Assembly: GCA_963528875.1 (NCBI GenBank)
Contig: CAURWT010000002.1
Coordinates: forward strand, 90,001 to 122,000
From: an uncultured Candidatus Saccharimonas sp.
GTDB taxonomy: Bacteria > Patescibacteriota > Saccharimonadia > Saccharimonadales > Saccharimonadaceae
Direction of reading: 5' to 3'
Length of the DNA: 32,000 nt
Part shown: piece by piece, positions 8,351 through 16,613 of the stretch
How the letters are laid out: each line of letters begins with the position of its first letter
Numbering within the stretch: the stretch's first letter is position 1
The notes under the pieces: model-generated
The model's input: only the letters and a program-made list of their open reading frames with translations
Databases searched by the model: none
Told to the model about the DNA's origin: nothing
Position numbers and translations under genes: made by a program

Positions 8351-8359
8351 TGTTATACT
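8351..8359 (+). promoter_or_regulatory. Extended -10 element (TGtTATACT) upstream of metG
   Basis: TGnTATACT ends 9 nt before ATG 8369. There is no purine-rich SD in the gap (ataagcagt) and the -35 is poor. Confidence 0.45.
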
Positions 8360-8368
8360 ATAAGCAGT

Positions 8369-9889
8369 ATGACAAAGAAAAAACTTTATATAACAACTGC
8401 GATTCCTTATGCAAACGGAGCGCCTCATATTGGAAACGCTCTTGATTACTTAATTGCTGATATTTGGGCGAGATACCAGCGCCAGCAAGAAAATGAAGTT
8501 CGTTTTCAGGTTGGAACAGACGAACATGGTAATAAAATCGCTGAAAAAGCCGCCGAAAACGGTTTAACTCCACAAGAATACGTTAATGGAACTGTCCAGA
8601 ATTTTAAAAATTTAATGGACAAAATGAAGACAACTTATACAGATTTTGTGCGTACAACCGATTCTCATCACATTGGAGCAGCTCAATATATTTGGATGAA
8701 ACTTCAGCCATATATTTATAAAAATACTTATGAAGGATGGTATTGTACAGGTTGTGAGAGTTTTTACACTGAAAAAGAAGTGACTGAATTTCATGGCGTT
8801 TGCCCAAACCATCAAAAACCTTTCGAAAGGCTTTCGGAAGAGAATTATTACTTGAGAATTTCAGAATTTACACCAAAAATTATCGAAGCCATTGAAACCG
8901 ACCGAATGAAAATTGTGCCAGAATATCGCAAGAAAGAATTTTTAAACTTTTTGAAAGGCGGACTTGAAGATGTTTCGATTTCACGGCCAAAAAAGAATTT
9001 AACTTGGGGCGTGCCTGTTCCTGGTGATCCAGAACAAGTAATGTATGTTTGGATTGATGCGCTTGCAAACTATTTAACCGTAATCGGATATCCAGATGTT
9101 GCAGGTTGGCAAGAATTTTGGCCAGCAAATGTGCAAGTTATTGGAAAAGATATTTTACGTTTTCATGCGGGAATCTGGCCGGCAATGTTGCTTGGGCTTG
9201 ATCTAGCTTTACCAAAAACTCTGCTTGTTCATGGCCACATTTCAAGTAATGGCGTGAAAATGAGTAAATCGATCGGTAACGTAGTTGATCCGAACGAAAT
9301 TATTGATAATTACGGGCTAGATGCTTTTAGGTATTATTTCTCACGACACGTTGCAACTCAAGATGACGGAGATTTTACCTGGGAGAAGTTCGAAAATGCC
9401 TATAATAACGAACTTGGTAACGACCTCGGCAATTTGGCTTCACGCGTAGCTAATATGGTTAAACGTTATCAATCTGGCGTGGTTGGTGAAATCCCTAGCG
9501 ATGAGCACGATCGCCATACCTACAACGAATATATGAGATCTCTAGAATTTAATAAAGCAATTGATGAAATTTGGGGATTGGTTCGCGCCCACAATCAATA
9601 TATTGAAGGCGTAAAACCTTGGGAAATTGCTAAAAAAGCAAAAGAAAATAAAGATGAAGAAAATCATCTAGCAGAAGTTCTTGCACACTCTGTTTCAGGT
9701 TTATTGCAAATCAGCAAAATGCTTGAACCGTTTATGCCAGATACGGCCGAAAAACTCCAAACTATTTTTGGTAGTGGCGTAATTCGCGACGAAGAAATTG
9801 GCTTACTTTTTCCAAAAATCTATCTTAAAACCGAAGACCCGCGTGCCGCAAAAATCGCAGCTACACAAAATAATCAAGCTAAAAAATAA
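8369..9889 (+). CDS. metG: Methionine--tRNA ligase (short form, no C-terminal tRNA-binding domain)
   Basis: Class I signatures: PYANGAPHIGN (HIGH-type) and KMSKSIGN (KMSKS). A Cys-containing insertion is present (WYCTGCESF...GVCPNH). Confidence 0.95.
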   Translation: MTKKKLYITTAIPYANGAPHIGNALDYLIADIWARYQRQQENEVRFQVGTDEHGNKIAEKAAENGLTPQEYVNGTVQNFKNLMDKMKTTYTDFVRTTDSHHIGAAQYIWMKLQPYIYKNTYEGWYCTGCESFYTEKEVTEFHGVCPNHQKPFERLSEENYYLRISEFTPKIIEAIETDRMKIVPEYRKKEFLNFLKGGLEDVSISRPKKNLTWGVPVPGDPEQVMYVWIDALANYLTVIGYPDVAGWQEFWPANVQVIGKDILRFHAGIWPAMLLGLDLALPKTLLVHGHISSNGVKMSKSIGNVVDPNEIIDNYGLDAFRYYFSRHVATQDDGDFTWEKFENAYNNELGNDLGNLASRVANMVKRYQSGVVGEIPSDEHDRHTYNEYMRSLEFNKAIDEIWGLVRAHNQYIEGVKPWEIAKKAKENKDEENHLAEVLAHSVSGLLQISKMLEPFMPDTAEKLQTIFGSGVIRDEEIGLLFPKIYLKTEDPRAAKIAATQNNQAKK

Positions 9890-9937
9890 CCAGAACCTCG
9901 GCTTTAATGCTGAGGTTTCAACTTTCGAAAGGACAAA

Positions 9938-10720
9938 ATGAAAATCATTGATTCACATTGCCACATTCACGATGTAAATTTTCCAATTCCGCAAGAAGAA
10001 GTTTTTAAGAATATACAAAATTCTAAAATCTCGAAAGCGATTTGTATTGGCGAAAATCTTGAAAATTCTAAAATTGGCGTCAAATTTGCTGAAGAAAATT
10101 CGGGCGAAATTGAACTTTTTGCAGCGATTGGCGTTCATCCACATGAAGCCGAAAAATACGACTCAGAAGAGTTAGTTTATGAACTTGAGCAGCTTTCGAA
10201 ATCTCCAAAAGTGGTGGCTATTGGCGAAATTGGTCTTGATTATTTTTATGAAAATTCCAACCGCGAGGCGCAGAAACAAATTCTAAAAGCTCAGCTCAAA
10301 CTTGCTCAAAAGCTAAATCTGCCCGTAAGTTTTCATGTTCGAAATGCTTTCGAAGATTTTTGGCCAATTTTTGATGAAATTTCAAAATTCGGTAAAATTC
10401 GTGGAGTTTTGCATTCTTTTACAGATTCGAAAGATAATTTAAGCAAAGCTTTAAAGCGCGATTTATTTATTGGCGTAAATGGAATTTCAACTTTTACAAA
10501 AAAGCCCGAAAATATTGAAATGTTTGCGAGCATTCCACTTTCAAAAATATTAATTGAAACAGATTCGCCATTTTTAGCACCAAAAGGCAAGCGCGGAAAG
10601 CCAAACCAGCCAGCTTTCTCAAAATTAATTATTGAAGATTTAGCAGAAAAAAGGCAAATTCCAGCTGAAGAAGTTGCTAAAATCACAACCGAAAATTGCG
10701 AAAAACTATTTAAAATTTAA
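9938..10720 (+). CDS. tatD: TatD-family metal-dependent hydrolase/DNase
   Basis: DSHCHI, GEIGLDY, HVRNA, LHSF and ETDSPFLAP motifs. SD aagga lies upstream. Confidence 0.9.
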   Translation: MKIIDSHCHIHDVNFPIPQEEVFKNIQNSKISKAICIGENLENSKIGVKFAEENSGEIELFAAIGVHPHEAEKYDSEELVYELEQLSKSPKVVAIGEIGLDYFYENSNREAQKQILKAQLKLAQKLNLPVSFHVRNAFEDFWPIFDEISKFGKIRGVLHSFTDSKDNLSKALKRDLFIGVNGISTFTKKPENIEMFASIPLSKILIETDSPFLAPKGKRGKPNQPAFSKLIIEDLAEKRQIPAEEVAKITTENCEKLFKI

Positions 10721-10731
10721 TTTACCAAATA

Positions 10732-10760
10732 TTGACAAAAATATTAAAATATGATACAAT
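10732..10760 (+). promoter_or_regulatory. Near-consensus sigma70 promoter
   Basis: TTGACA (10732-10737), 17-nt spacer, TACAAT (10755-10760), with TG at 10752-10753. It ends about 23 nt upstream of ATG 10784. Confidence 0.6.
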
Positions 10761-10783
10761 TTAATCATATTTAAGGTTTAAAA

Positions 10784-11458
10784 ATGAACAATTCTGACAA
10801 AAGTTTATATCAAATTCCATATTTTCCAGAAGCTCAGAAAGAGCCAGATTTCAAAAAACCAAAAATCCAGATTACTTATGATACACCAAAACAAATGCCT
10901 TTAAAACCTATTCAACAGGTTAAAAAGCAGGCATTCCAGCCAATATTAAAAAATAATCAAATTGATATTTTTGGTGAAATGTTTGCAAAAAGCGCTCAAA
11001 TTTTGCAATTTCGAAATATTGCCGAAGAAGAAATTCGTCTTTCGCACTTAAAATATACTAGAAAATCTTTTTTGAAAAATTCAAAAAAACACGAAAGCAA
11101 TCAATTATATTATAAATATCTTTTTGCAAAATTCAAGAAAAATCCGCAAGATATTTCGCGAGCGTTAATTAATCTTGAAAGCAAAGTTGGCGCACAAATT
11201 TTTGGGCCAACAACGAACGGTATTCGGCGAGAATTTTTCGTGCTTGACCATAATTCTTGGATTTATCATGAAGAATGGATTGACGGCAAGCGAAAAGTTC
11301 ACCAAAATACAACCAGATATGAGCTTCGAAAAGACCAAGTAATTAAAATTGAAGCTGGGCCACACTATTTTGATTTAAAAGGAGCAGAACTTCAAAATTT
11401 TCACCATGCAGTGCAAGTTTACTACCAGAATGTCTCACGATTGGTTTATGGCAGATAG
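10784..11458 (+). CDS. Hypothetical protein (224 aa)
   Basis: Long ORF with its own promoter. No recognisable motif. Confidence 0.6.
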   Translation: MNNSDKSLYQIPYFPEAQKEPDFKKPKIQITYDTPKQMPLKPIQQVKKQAFQPILKNNQIDIFGEMFAKSAQILQFRNIAEEEIRLSHLKYTRKSFLKNSKKHESNQLYYKYLFAKFKKNPQDISRALINLESKVGAQIFGPTTNGIRREFFVLDHNSWIYHEEWIDGKRKVHQNTTRYELRKDQVIKIEAGPHYFDLKGAELQNFHHAVQVYYQNVSRLVYGR

Positions 11459-11459
11459 T

Positions 11460-11488
11460 TTGAAATTCTCAAAAAAGTGTGCTATAAT
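11460..11488 (+). promoter_or_regulatory. Near-consensus sigma70 promoter with extended -10, driving the small ORF
   Basis: TTGAAA (11460-11465), 17-nt spacer, TGcTATAAT (hexamer 11483-11488). Confidence 0.6.
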
Positions 11489-11526
11489 TGTTCAGAATTG
11501 TTTTATTTTTTAACGAAAGGAAAGAA

Positions 11527-11652
11527 ATGGCTAAACATAAAAGTTGGCATGGAGCAGACCGCAAACGAGCTTTGCGCGCAAAACTAAAAATTGAAAAACG
11601 CCGCGAAGCAAAACGCCGCGAACGAATTGCAGCAGCTTTGGCCGCAAAATAA
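11527..11652 (+). CDS. Small, highly basic protein (41 aa), absent from the ORF track
   Basis: My translation is MAKHKSWHGADRKRALRAKLKIEKRREAKRRERIAAALAAK. SD gaaaggaaag sits just upstream of the ATG, a dedicated promoter lies upstream and a hairpin plus T-run follows. No family recognised. Confidence 0.55.
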   Translation: MAKHKSWHGADRKRALRAKLKIEKRREAKRRERIAAALAAK

Positions 11653-11672
11653 TTTTAAAAATTTTAAAAAAT

Positions 11673-11699
11673 CGCTTTTCTTAAAGAAGGGCGGTTTTT
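11673..11699 (+). terminator. Intrinsic terminator after the small ORF
   Basis: Stem cgcttttc (11673-11680) pairs with gaagggcg (11686-11693), including two G-U pairs, around the loop ttaaa. The T-run gttttt follows. Confidence 0.55.
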
Positions 11700-11724
11700 A
11701 TTTTTGTTCGTAATTTTTAAATTA

Positions 11725-11753
11725 TTGCTTTTTTATGAATTTTATGATATAAT
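11725..11753 (+). promoter_or_regulatory. Sigma70-type promoter upstream of the GNAT gene
   Basis: TTGCTT (11725-11730), 17-nt spacer, TGaTATAAT (hexamer 11748-11753). The downstream leader carries the SD ggaggtgga. Confidence 0.55.
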
Positions 11754-11800
11754 TATAAAATCTATCGAATTTTCGAAATATATTTTGGAGGTGGAGAAAT

Positions 11801-12646
11801 ATGGAAGATAGAGGTATTTTAAATGTCATGCATAGAATCAAAAATGGCGAATGGTCATTTTGTTTTCTACACGAGCTCGGGATGGATCAGCAGGGTGAGA
11901 TTTCGGTTTGGCTTTCAGATCTAACCTATCAAGATGATTCGGTTTTAAATATGTCACCAGATGACATTATGAAAAAAGCTTGCGTTGCATTGCTTTTTGA
12001 CGAAGAAACGGGCGAAGTAATTGCTTCCGCTTCAATGATGCAACCGCAAATCAATTCTTTTGGTCAAAGATTGGGCGAAATTGGCTCAATGTTTACCATT
12101 GAAGGATATCAGCGACAAGGTGCAGCGAGCTTTTTGGTTCAGCAAATTGATGAATGGGCAAAAGCGCAAGACGATATTCACGGTGCATACGCTTTTTTGA
12201 ACTCGAAATCTCCGCGTTCATTTGCAGTGAATGGCTACAAGGGCGAGCTTCTAAAAGAAGGAGTTCTTTATAATGCAGCTGATATTACACCAGCTTATGC
12301 ATTTAATTTATGTCGTACAATTTGCCGAGATGAAAAAGCGATGCGCCTGATGGATTTAGAGCTTCGAAAAAAGGAGCTTCAAGACCCAGAGTTAGAAGAA
12401 GGACACGGAGAACTTCATAGAATTGAGGAAGAACTTAGTAGCGCAAGAATTGAACGGCGAAATCGTTTCGAAAACTTAATCAACGAAAACAAGCTCAAGA
12501 TTAACGCTATTGCAGCTCGAAAAGATCTAAGCGCAGAGCAAATTGATCATGACATAGAGGTACATTACAAGATTATCGATTTTTATCGCGATAATCTCAA
12601 AAATGCTTTGCACTGCTGCGATGTGGTGGTAGCAAAGCTATATTAA
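11801..12646 (+). CDS. GNAT-family N-acetyltransferase-like protein with a roughly 100-aa C-terminal coiled-coil-like extension
   Basis: Acetyl-CoA-binding motif A-like segment FTIEGYQRQGAASFLVQQIDEWAK (Q/R-x-x-G-x-G/A). The C-terminal part is rich in charged heptad-like sequence (LELRKKELQDPELEEGHGELHRIEEELSSARIERRNRFENL...). Confidence 0.55.
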   Translation: MEDRGILNVMHRIKNGEWSFCFLHELGMDQQGEISVWLSDLTYQDDSVLNMSPDDIMKKACVALLFDEETGEVIASASMMQPQINSFGQRLGEIGSMFTIEGYQRQGAASFLVQQIDEWAKAQDDIHGAYAFLNSKSPRSFAVNGYKGELLKEGVLYNAADITPAYAFNLCRTICRDEKAMRLMDLELRKKELQDPELEEGHGELHRIEEELSSARIERRNRFENLINENKLKINAIAARKDLSAEQIDHDIEVHYKIIDFYRDNLKNALHCCDVVVAKLY

Positions 12647-12727
12647 ACCATAGTGAGCTAAATGCTCGCTTTTTTATTGATTTTTGAAAGTGATTATGCT
12701 AAACTATTTACATCAAGGAAGTGGGCA

Positions 12728-14632
12728 ATGTTTAACTTAAAAAATATTTTTAGCGAAAACTCAGAAAATAAAAATTCGAAAAATACTTCGAGCAGCTTTT
12801 TGGGCGACGGAAAAGCAATTTTAGATGCTGTCGATGATGGAGTTTTAGCAGTTGATTCAAAAGGGAATATCTTGGCAATCAACCCAGCAGCAGAGCAAAT
12901 TACGGGCTGGAATGGCAGTGATGCGGCTGGATTGGTTTTTAATTCAGTTTTAAAAATTACGAATAATGAAGGCGGAGAGATGATTGAAATCTCCAACCCA
13001 GTGAATCGTGTTTTACGAACTGGTGAAAATTTCACAACACGAGATTTATTCATTAAAACTCAAAGTGGGAAAATTGTTCCGATTTTCTTGGCTGTAAACT
13101 CGATTGATAGTCAAAATTCTGGCGTAGTTGTAGTTTTTAGGGATATTTCGAAAGAGCTAAAAGATAACCGTGAACAGGCTGAATTTATATCAACTGCAAG
13201 CCACGAAATGAGAACGCCAGTTGCAAGCATTGAGGGATATATTGGCTTAGCCCTTAATCCAGCTACTGCAACGATTGACGCACGCGCAAAATCTTACCTC
13301 CAAAAAGCTCACGAAAATACCAAGCATTTAGGACAACTTTTTCAAGATTTACTCGATATTACAAAGGCAGAAGACGGACGGCTCAAAAATGAACCTGTTG
13401 TTTTAGATGCAATTGAATTTTCGCGAAACATTTGGGAAGGACTAAAGCCAAAAGCTGAAGTAAAAGGCTTAAGCTATACTTTTGAGCCAGATAGCCACAA
13501 AACAGGCGAAAAAACTCTAACGCCAGTATTTTTTATTCATGCCGACCGCGATCACTTACATGAAATTTTAAATAACCTTTTCGAAAATGCTATAAAATAT
13601 ACGCCAAGTGGAATGGTCTCTGTGAATATTACCGGCGACAACAACAATGTTCAAATTTCTGTTAAAGATAGTGGAATTGGGATTCCGGCCGAAGATATTC
13701 CGCATTTGTTTCAAAAATTTTATCGCGTAGATAATTCTGAAACGCGAGAAATTAATGGTACAGGGCTTGGGTTATTTTTGTCGCGCAAACTTACCGAATC
13801 GATTGGCGGATTCTTGGATGTTGAAAGCGAATATACAAAAGGTAGCACTTTTACTGTAAAATTACCAAGAATTACGCGCGAAAATGCCGAAAAATTAAAA
13901 GCCATTGAAGATACCAAAAAAGCTGAGGAACACCAAAAAATTGAACAAAAAAATAATCAACGTGAAATCGACGAGGCTGACCGCGACATTACGGCAATTC
14001 TTGAAGATCCTAAAATAGAAAATCCAAGCGAAGAAGTTTTCGAAATCACCCAAGAAATTCAGCCAGAAACTTCAATTAGTATTCCTGAAACTATTCCGCA
14101 AAATACACAACCAGAGAATTCGCAAGCTCAACAAGCTCCGTATATGCAAAATACGACTGAATCAACTCAACAACAAGAACAACAAATTTATGACAATTTC
14201 GTGCAAAATACAGCTCCAATTCCACAATTAAATGGCGTAATTGCTGAACAGAACCAACTGGCGCAAAAGGTAACTCAAACAGAGCAAGATTTTTCTAAAT
14301 ATGGCGCAATTCAAGGTTTCAGCCCTCTAGTGGGAGTGCAAAATCAAAATGGCCAAAATTCTGTGCCAAATCCTCAAACAGTACAAAATTATAATTCTCA
14401 AATAGCAGCTGAAAATTCACAACAAAACACACAAACTATTCAAAATAATTACTCACCTCAAAGTTCAATAGACATAAAAAATCAACAATTTCAACCGCCC
14501 CAAATGATGGAAACTACGCAGAATACAGCACCTCAGCCAAGCCAACATCCATCAAATCAGCCAACTTTAAATGATATCGAAAGAATGAAAATTGAATACG
14601 CTCAAAGAATGATGAATCAGCGGAAAAATTAA
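12728..14632 (+). CDS. Soluble PAS-domain sensor histidine kinase with a long Q/N/P-rich C-terminal low-complexity tail
   Basis: PAS-like segment (ILDAVDDGVLAVDSKGNILAINPAAEQITGW...VVVVFRDIS); H-box STASHEMRTPVASIEGY; N-box LNNLFENAIKYT; G-boxes VKDSGIGI and GTGLGLFLS. I see no hydrophobic TM segment. The start at 12728 is preferred because SD aaggaag lies 6 nt upstream. The tail from about nt 13880 onward has no recognisable domain. Confidence 0.85.
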   Translation: MFNLKNIFSENSENKNSKNTSSSFLGDGKAILDAVDDGVLAVDSKGNILAINPAAEQITGWNGSDAAGLVFNSVLKITNNEGGEMIEISNPVNRVLRTGENFTTRDLFIKTQSGKIVPIFLAVNSIDSQNSGVVVVFRDISKELKDNREQAEFISTASHEMRTPVASIEGYIGLALNPATATIDARAKSYLQKAHENTKHLGQLFQDLLDITKAEDGRLKNEPVVLDAIEFSRNIWEGLKPKAEVKGLSYTFEPDSHKTGEKTLTPVFFIHADRDHLHEILNNLFENAIKYTPSGMVSVNITGDNNNVQISVKDSGIGIPAEDIPHLFQKFYRVDNSETREINGTGLGLFLSRKLTESIGGFLDVESEYTKGSTFTVKLPRITRENAEKLKAIEDTKKAEEHQKIEQKNNQREIDEADRDITAILEDPKIENPSEEVFEITQEIQPETSISIPETIPQNTQPENSQAQQAPYMQNTTESTQQQEQQIYDNFVQNTAPIPQLNGVIAEQNQLAQKVTQTEQDFSKYGAIQGFSPLVGVQNQNGQNSVPNPQTVQNYNSQIAAENSQQNTQTIQNNYSPQSSIDIKNQQFQPPQMMETTQNTAPQPSQHPSNQPTLNDIERMKIEYAQRMMNQRKN

Positions 14633-14682
14633 GCATAAATAGTATAGATTTTTTCGAAAAATAATAGTATAATAGGAGCAAT

Positions 14683-15651
14683 ATGACAAAGATTTTATTA
14701 GTAGAAGATGATAAAAGTTTGCGCGAGATTTATGGCGTTCGATTATTGGCGGAAGGATATGATATTGTTTCGGCTGGTGATGGAGAAGAAGCGCTCGCAA
14801 TGGCGATTAAAGAACGCCCAAACCTAATTGTAAGCGATGTAATGATGCCAAAGATTTCTGGCTTTGACATGCTTGATATTTTGCGCTCAACAACTGAAAC
14901 CCGCGGTATTAAAGTTATTATGATGACAGCTCTCTCAAGTGAAGAGCAGCGTCGTCGCGGTGAAGCACTTGGCGCCGACCGCTATCTAGTAAAATCTCAA
15001 GTGGGAATTGAAGATGTTGTGCGAACAGTTCACGAGGTTCTTGAAGATGGCGACTTAACAGTAGAGCAGCGAACTGCACAAAAACAAGCGCCAATATCTA
15101 TGCCAGGGGAAGAAGCTCCAGCAATGCAATCGCAAGAAATTAAAGCACCAGTTGAATTATATTCTACCGCGCAAACGCAGGTAGCTCAAGCGCCAATTCA
15201 AAATTTTGAAAAACCAGCACCAGCTCCGGTTCGGCCAGTTCAGCCCATCCAATCTCCAGAACGTGCTACAGCACCGAGTTTAGCTCAATTCGAAAGAGAA
15301 CAGCTAACATCTTTTTCTACAAACCAACCGATTCAGCCAGTTTCTCAACATGTACAATTTGAACAGCCCCATGCTAAAGTAGCGCCAGTTCAAAATTTTA
15401 GAACACCAGAATCACCAACAATTGAAGCTCCGGCTCATCCAATTAGTGATTTTGTAAATCAGCCTCAAGCAGCTGTTCAAAATAATCAGCCAGCCACACC
15501 GACTGTCTCTGGCGAACGAGTAGTTCAACCAATCAAAAATAGTCGAAGTGATGAAGAAATATTATCTTTTCAAATTAACGATATCCTAAAAGGTGGAGCA
15601 GGCGAAAATCCCTTAAATAACAATTCTCAACCTCCTTTTGGAGCTCAATAA
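14683..15651 (+). CDS. Response regulator with receiver domain only, followed by a roughly 200-aa P/Q/A-rich tail (no recognisable output domain)
   Basis: Receiver signature: ILLVEDD, phospho-acceptor context LIVSDVMMPKISGF, MMTALS, and DRYLVKS. The remainder is low complexity with recurring Q-N-F type motifs (APIQNFEKP, APVQNFRTP). SD aggag lies upstream. Confidence 0.85.
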   Translation: MTKILLVEDDKSLREIYGVRLLAEGYDIVSAGDGEEALAMAIKERPNLIVSDVMMPKISGFDMLDILRSTTETRGIKVIMMTALSSEEQRRRGEALGADRYLVKSQVGIEDVVRTVHEVLEDGDLTVEQRTAQKQAPISMPGEEAPAMQSQEIKAPVELYSTAQTQVAQAPIQNFEKPAPAPVRPVQPIQSPERATAPSLAQFEREQLTSFSTNQPIQPVSQHVQFEQPHAKVAPVQNFRTPESPTIEAPAHPISDFVNQPQAAVQNNQPATPTVSGERVVQPIKNSRSDEEILSFQINDILKGGAGENPLNNNSQPPFGAQ

Positions 15652-15654
15652 GTT

Positions 15655-16347
15655 GTGGAGCAAAAAACAGAACGCTTAAATAAATTCCTGGCATTGCAGC
15701 TAGGAATTTCGCGTAGGCAAGCAGATGAACTTATCGAAAAAGGTCGAATTTCTATCAATGGGAAAACTGCTCAACTTGGCGAACGATTCAAAGCAGGCGA
15801 TGAAATAAAGCTTGGCGAAAAAATAATCTCAAAAACTCGCGAAGAAAAAAAATATGTAATTTTCAATAAACCTCGCGGTTATGTCTGCTCGCGTAAAAAA
15901 CAGGGTGAAAATGAAACAATTTATGCTATTCTTCCAAAAGAATTTAGCGTGCTAAAACCAGTTGGTCGGCTCGATAAAGATTCAAGCGGAATTTTACTCT
16001 TAACAAATGATGGCGATTTTGCTTTTCAAATGACCCACCCAAAATTTCGAAAGGTAAAAGAATATCTAGTTTCTCTTGATACGCCGCTTCAGCCAATTCA
16101 TCAACAGATGATTGCCGATTTTGGAATTAATCTACCAGACGGAAAATCACAGCTCGGGCTTGAACGACTTGATGATTCACGAAAAAACTGGAAAGTTATC
16201 ATGAGTGAAGGTCGCAACCGCCAGATACGCCGAACGTTTTCGGCTATAGGCTATGAAGTTAAAGAGCTGCACAGAATAGTTTTTGGCTCATATATTTTAC
16301 CGAAAGATTTAAATTTTGGTGATTTTCGAAAAGTTGAAAAGCTGTAA
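15655..16347 (+). CDS. RsuA/RluB-family pseudouridine synthase (S4 RNA-binding domain plus catalytic domain)
   Basis: N-terminal S4-like RLNKFLALQLGISRRQADELIEKGRISING and the catalytic motif GRLDKDSSGILLLTNDGDF. GTG start. The specific rRNA target is not assignable from sequence. Confidence 0.88.
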   Translation: MEQKTERLNKFLALQLGISRRQADELIEKGRISINGKTAQLGERFKAGDEIKLGEKIISKTREEKKYVIFNKPRGYVCSRKKQGENETIYAILPKEFSVLKPVGRLDKDSSGILLLTNDGDFAFQMTHPKFRKVKEYLVSLDTPLQPIHQQMIADFGINLPDGKSQLGLERLDDSRKNWKVIMSEGRNRQIRRTFSAIGYEVKELHRIVFGSYILPKDLNFGDFRKVEKL

Positions 16348-16358
16348 TACAAAAGAAG

Positions 16359-16383
16359 AAAAGACCTCAAAAGAGGTCTTTTA
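16359..16383 (+). terminator. Intrinsic terminator after the pseudouridine synthase gene
   Basis: Stem aagacctc (16361-16368) pairs with gaggtctt (16373-16380) around the loop aaaa, followed by tt. Confidence 0.65.
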
Positions 16384-16613
16384 AATCTGCTACATTTTTT
16401 CAATGTTAATCAGTAAATTCATTATATAACCAGCTGATATTTCGACACTTTCGTCAAGCATAATTTGACAAAAAATATCCAAAATCTTTTCGAAATATTC
16501 TTTAATTTCAATCGGAATTTTATCTTCATTGCCAGAGTTAGACTCGAACTTACAAGCTCGAGCAAGTTTCTCAATATTGATTTTTATTTCGAAAAATTAT
16601 ACAATAATTGAAT

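Noticed and set aside
10784-12646. The hypothetical gene, 41-aa basic ORF and GNAT gene as a GNAT-type toxin-antitoxin system (TacT/AtaT-like).
   Set aside because: The GNAT protein is much longer than known GNAT toxins. The small ORF is a separate transcription unit with its own terminator and has no RHH-like features. Gene order and spacing do not fit a bicistronic TA operon.
16393-16596. A roughly 68-codon open frame on the minus strand in the 260-bp gap between the pseudouridine synthase and the membrane protein (...INIEKLARACKFESNSGNEDKIPIEIKEYFEKILDIFCQIMLDESVEISAGYIMNLLINIEKM*).
   Set aside because: There is no ATG, GTG or TTG start until the last 23 codons or so, no SD and no recognisable family. 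It may be a decayed gene remnant or chance, so I did not call it as a feature.
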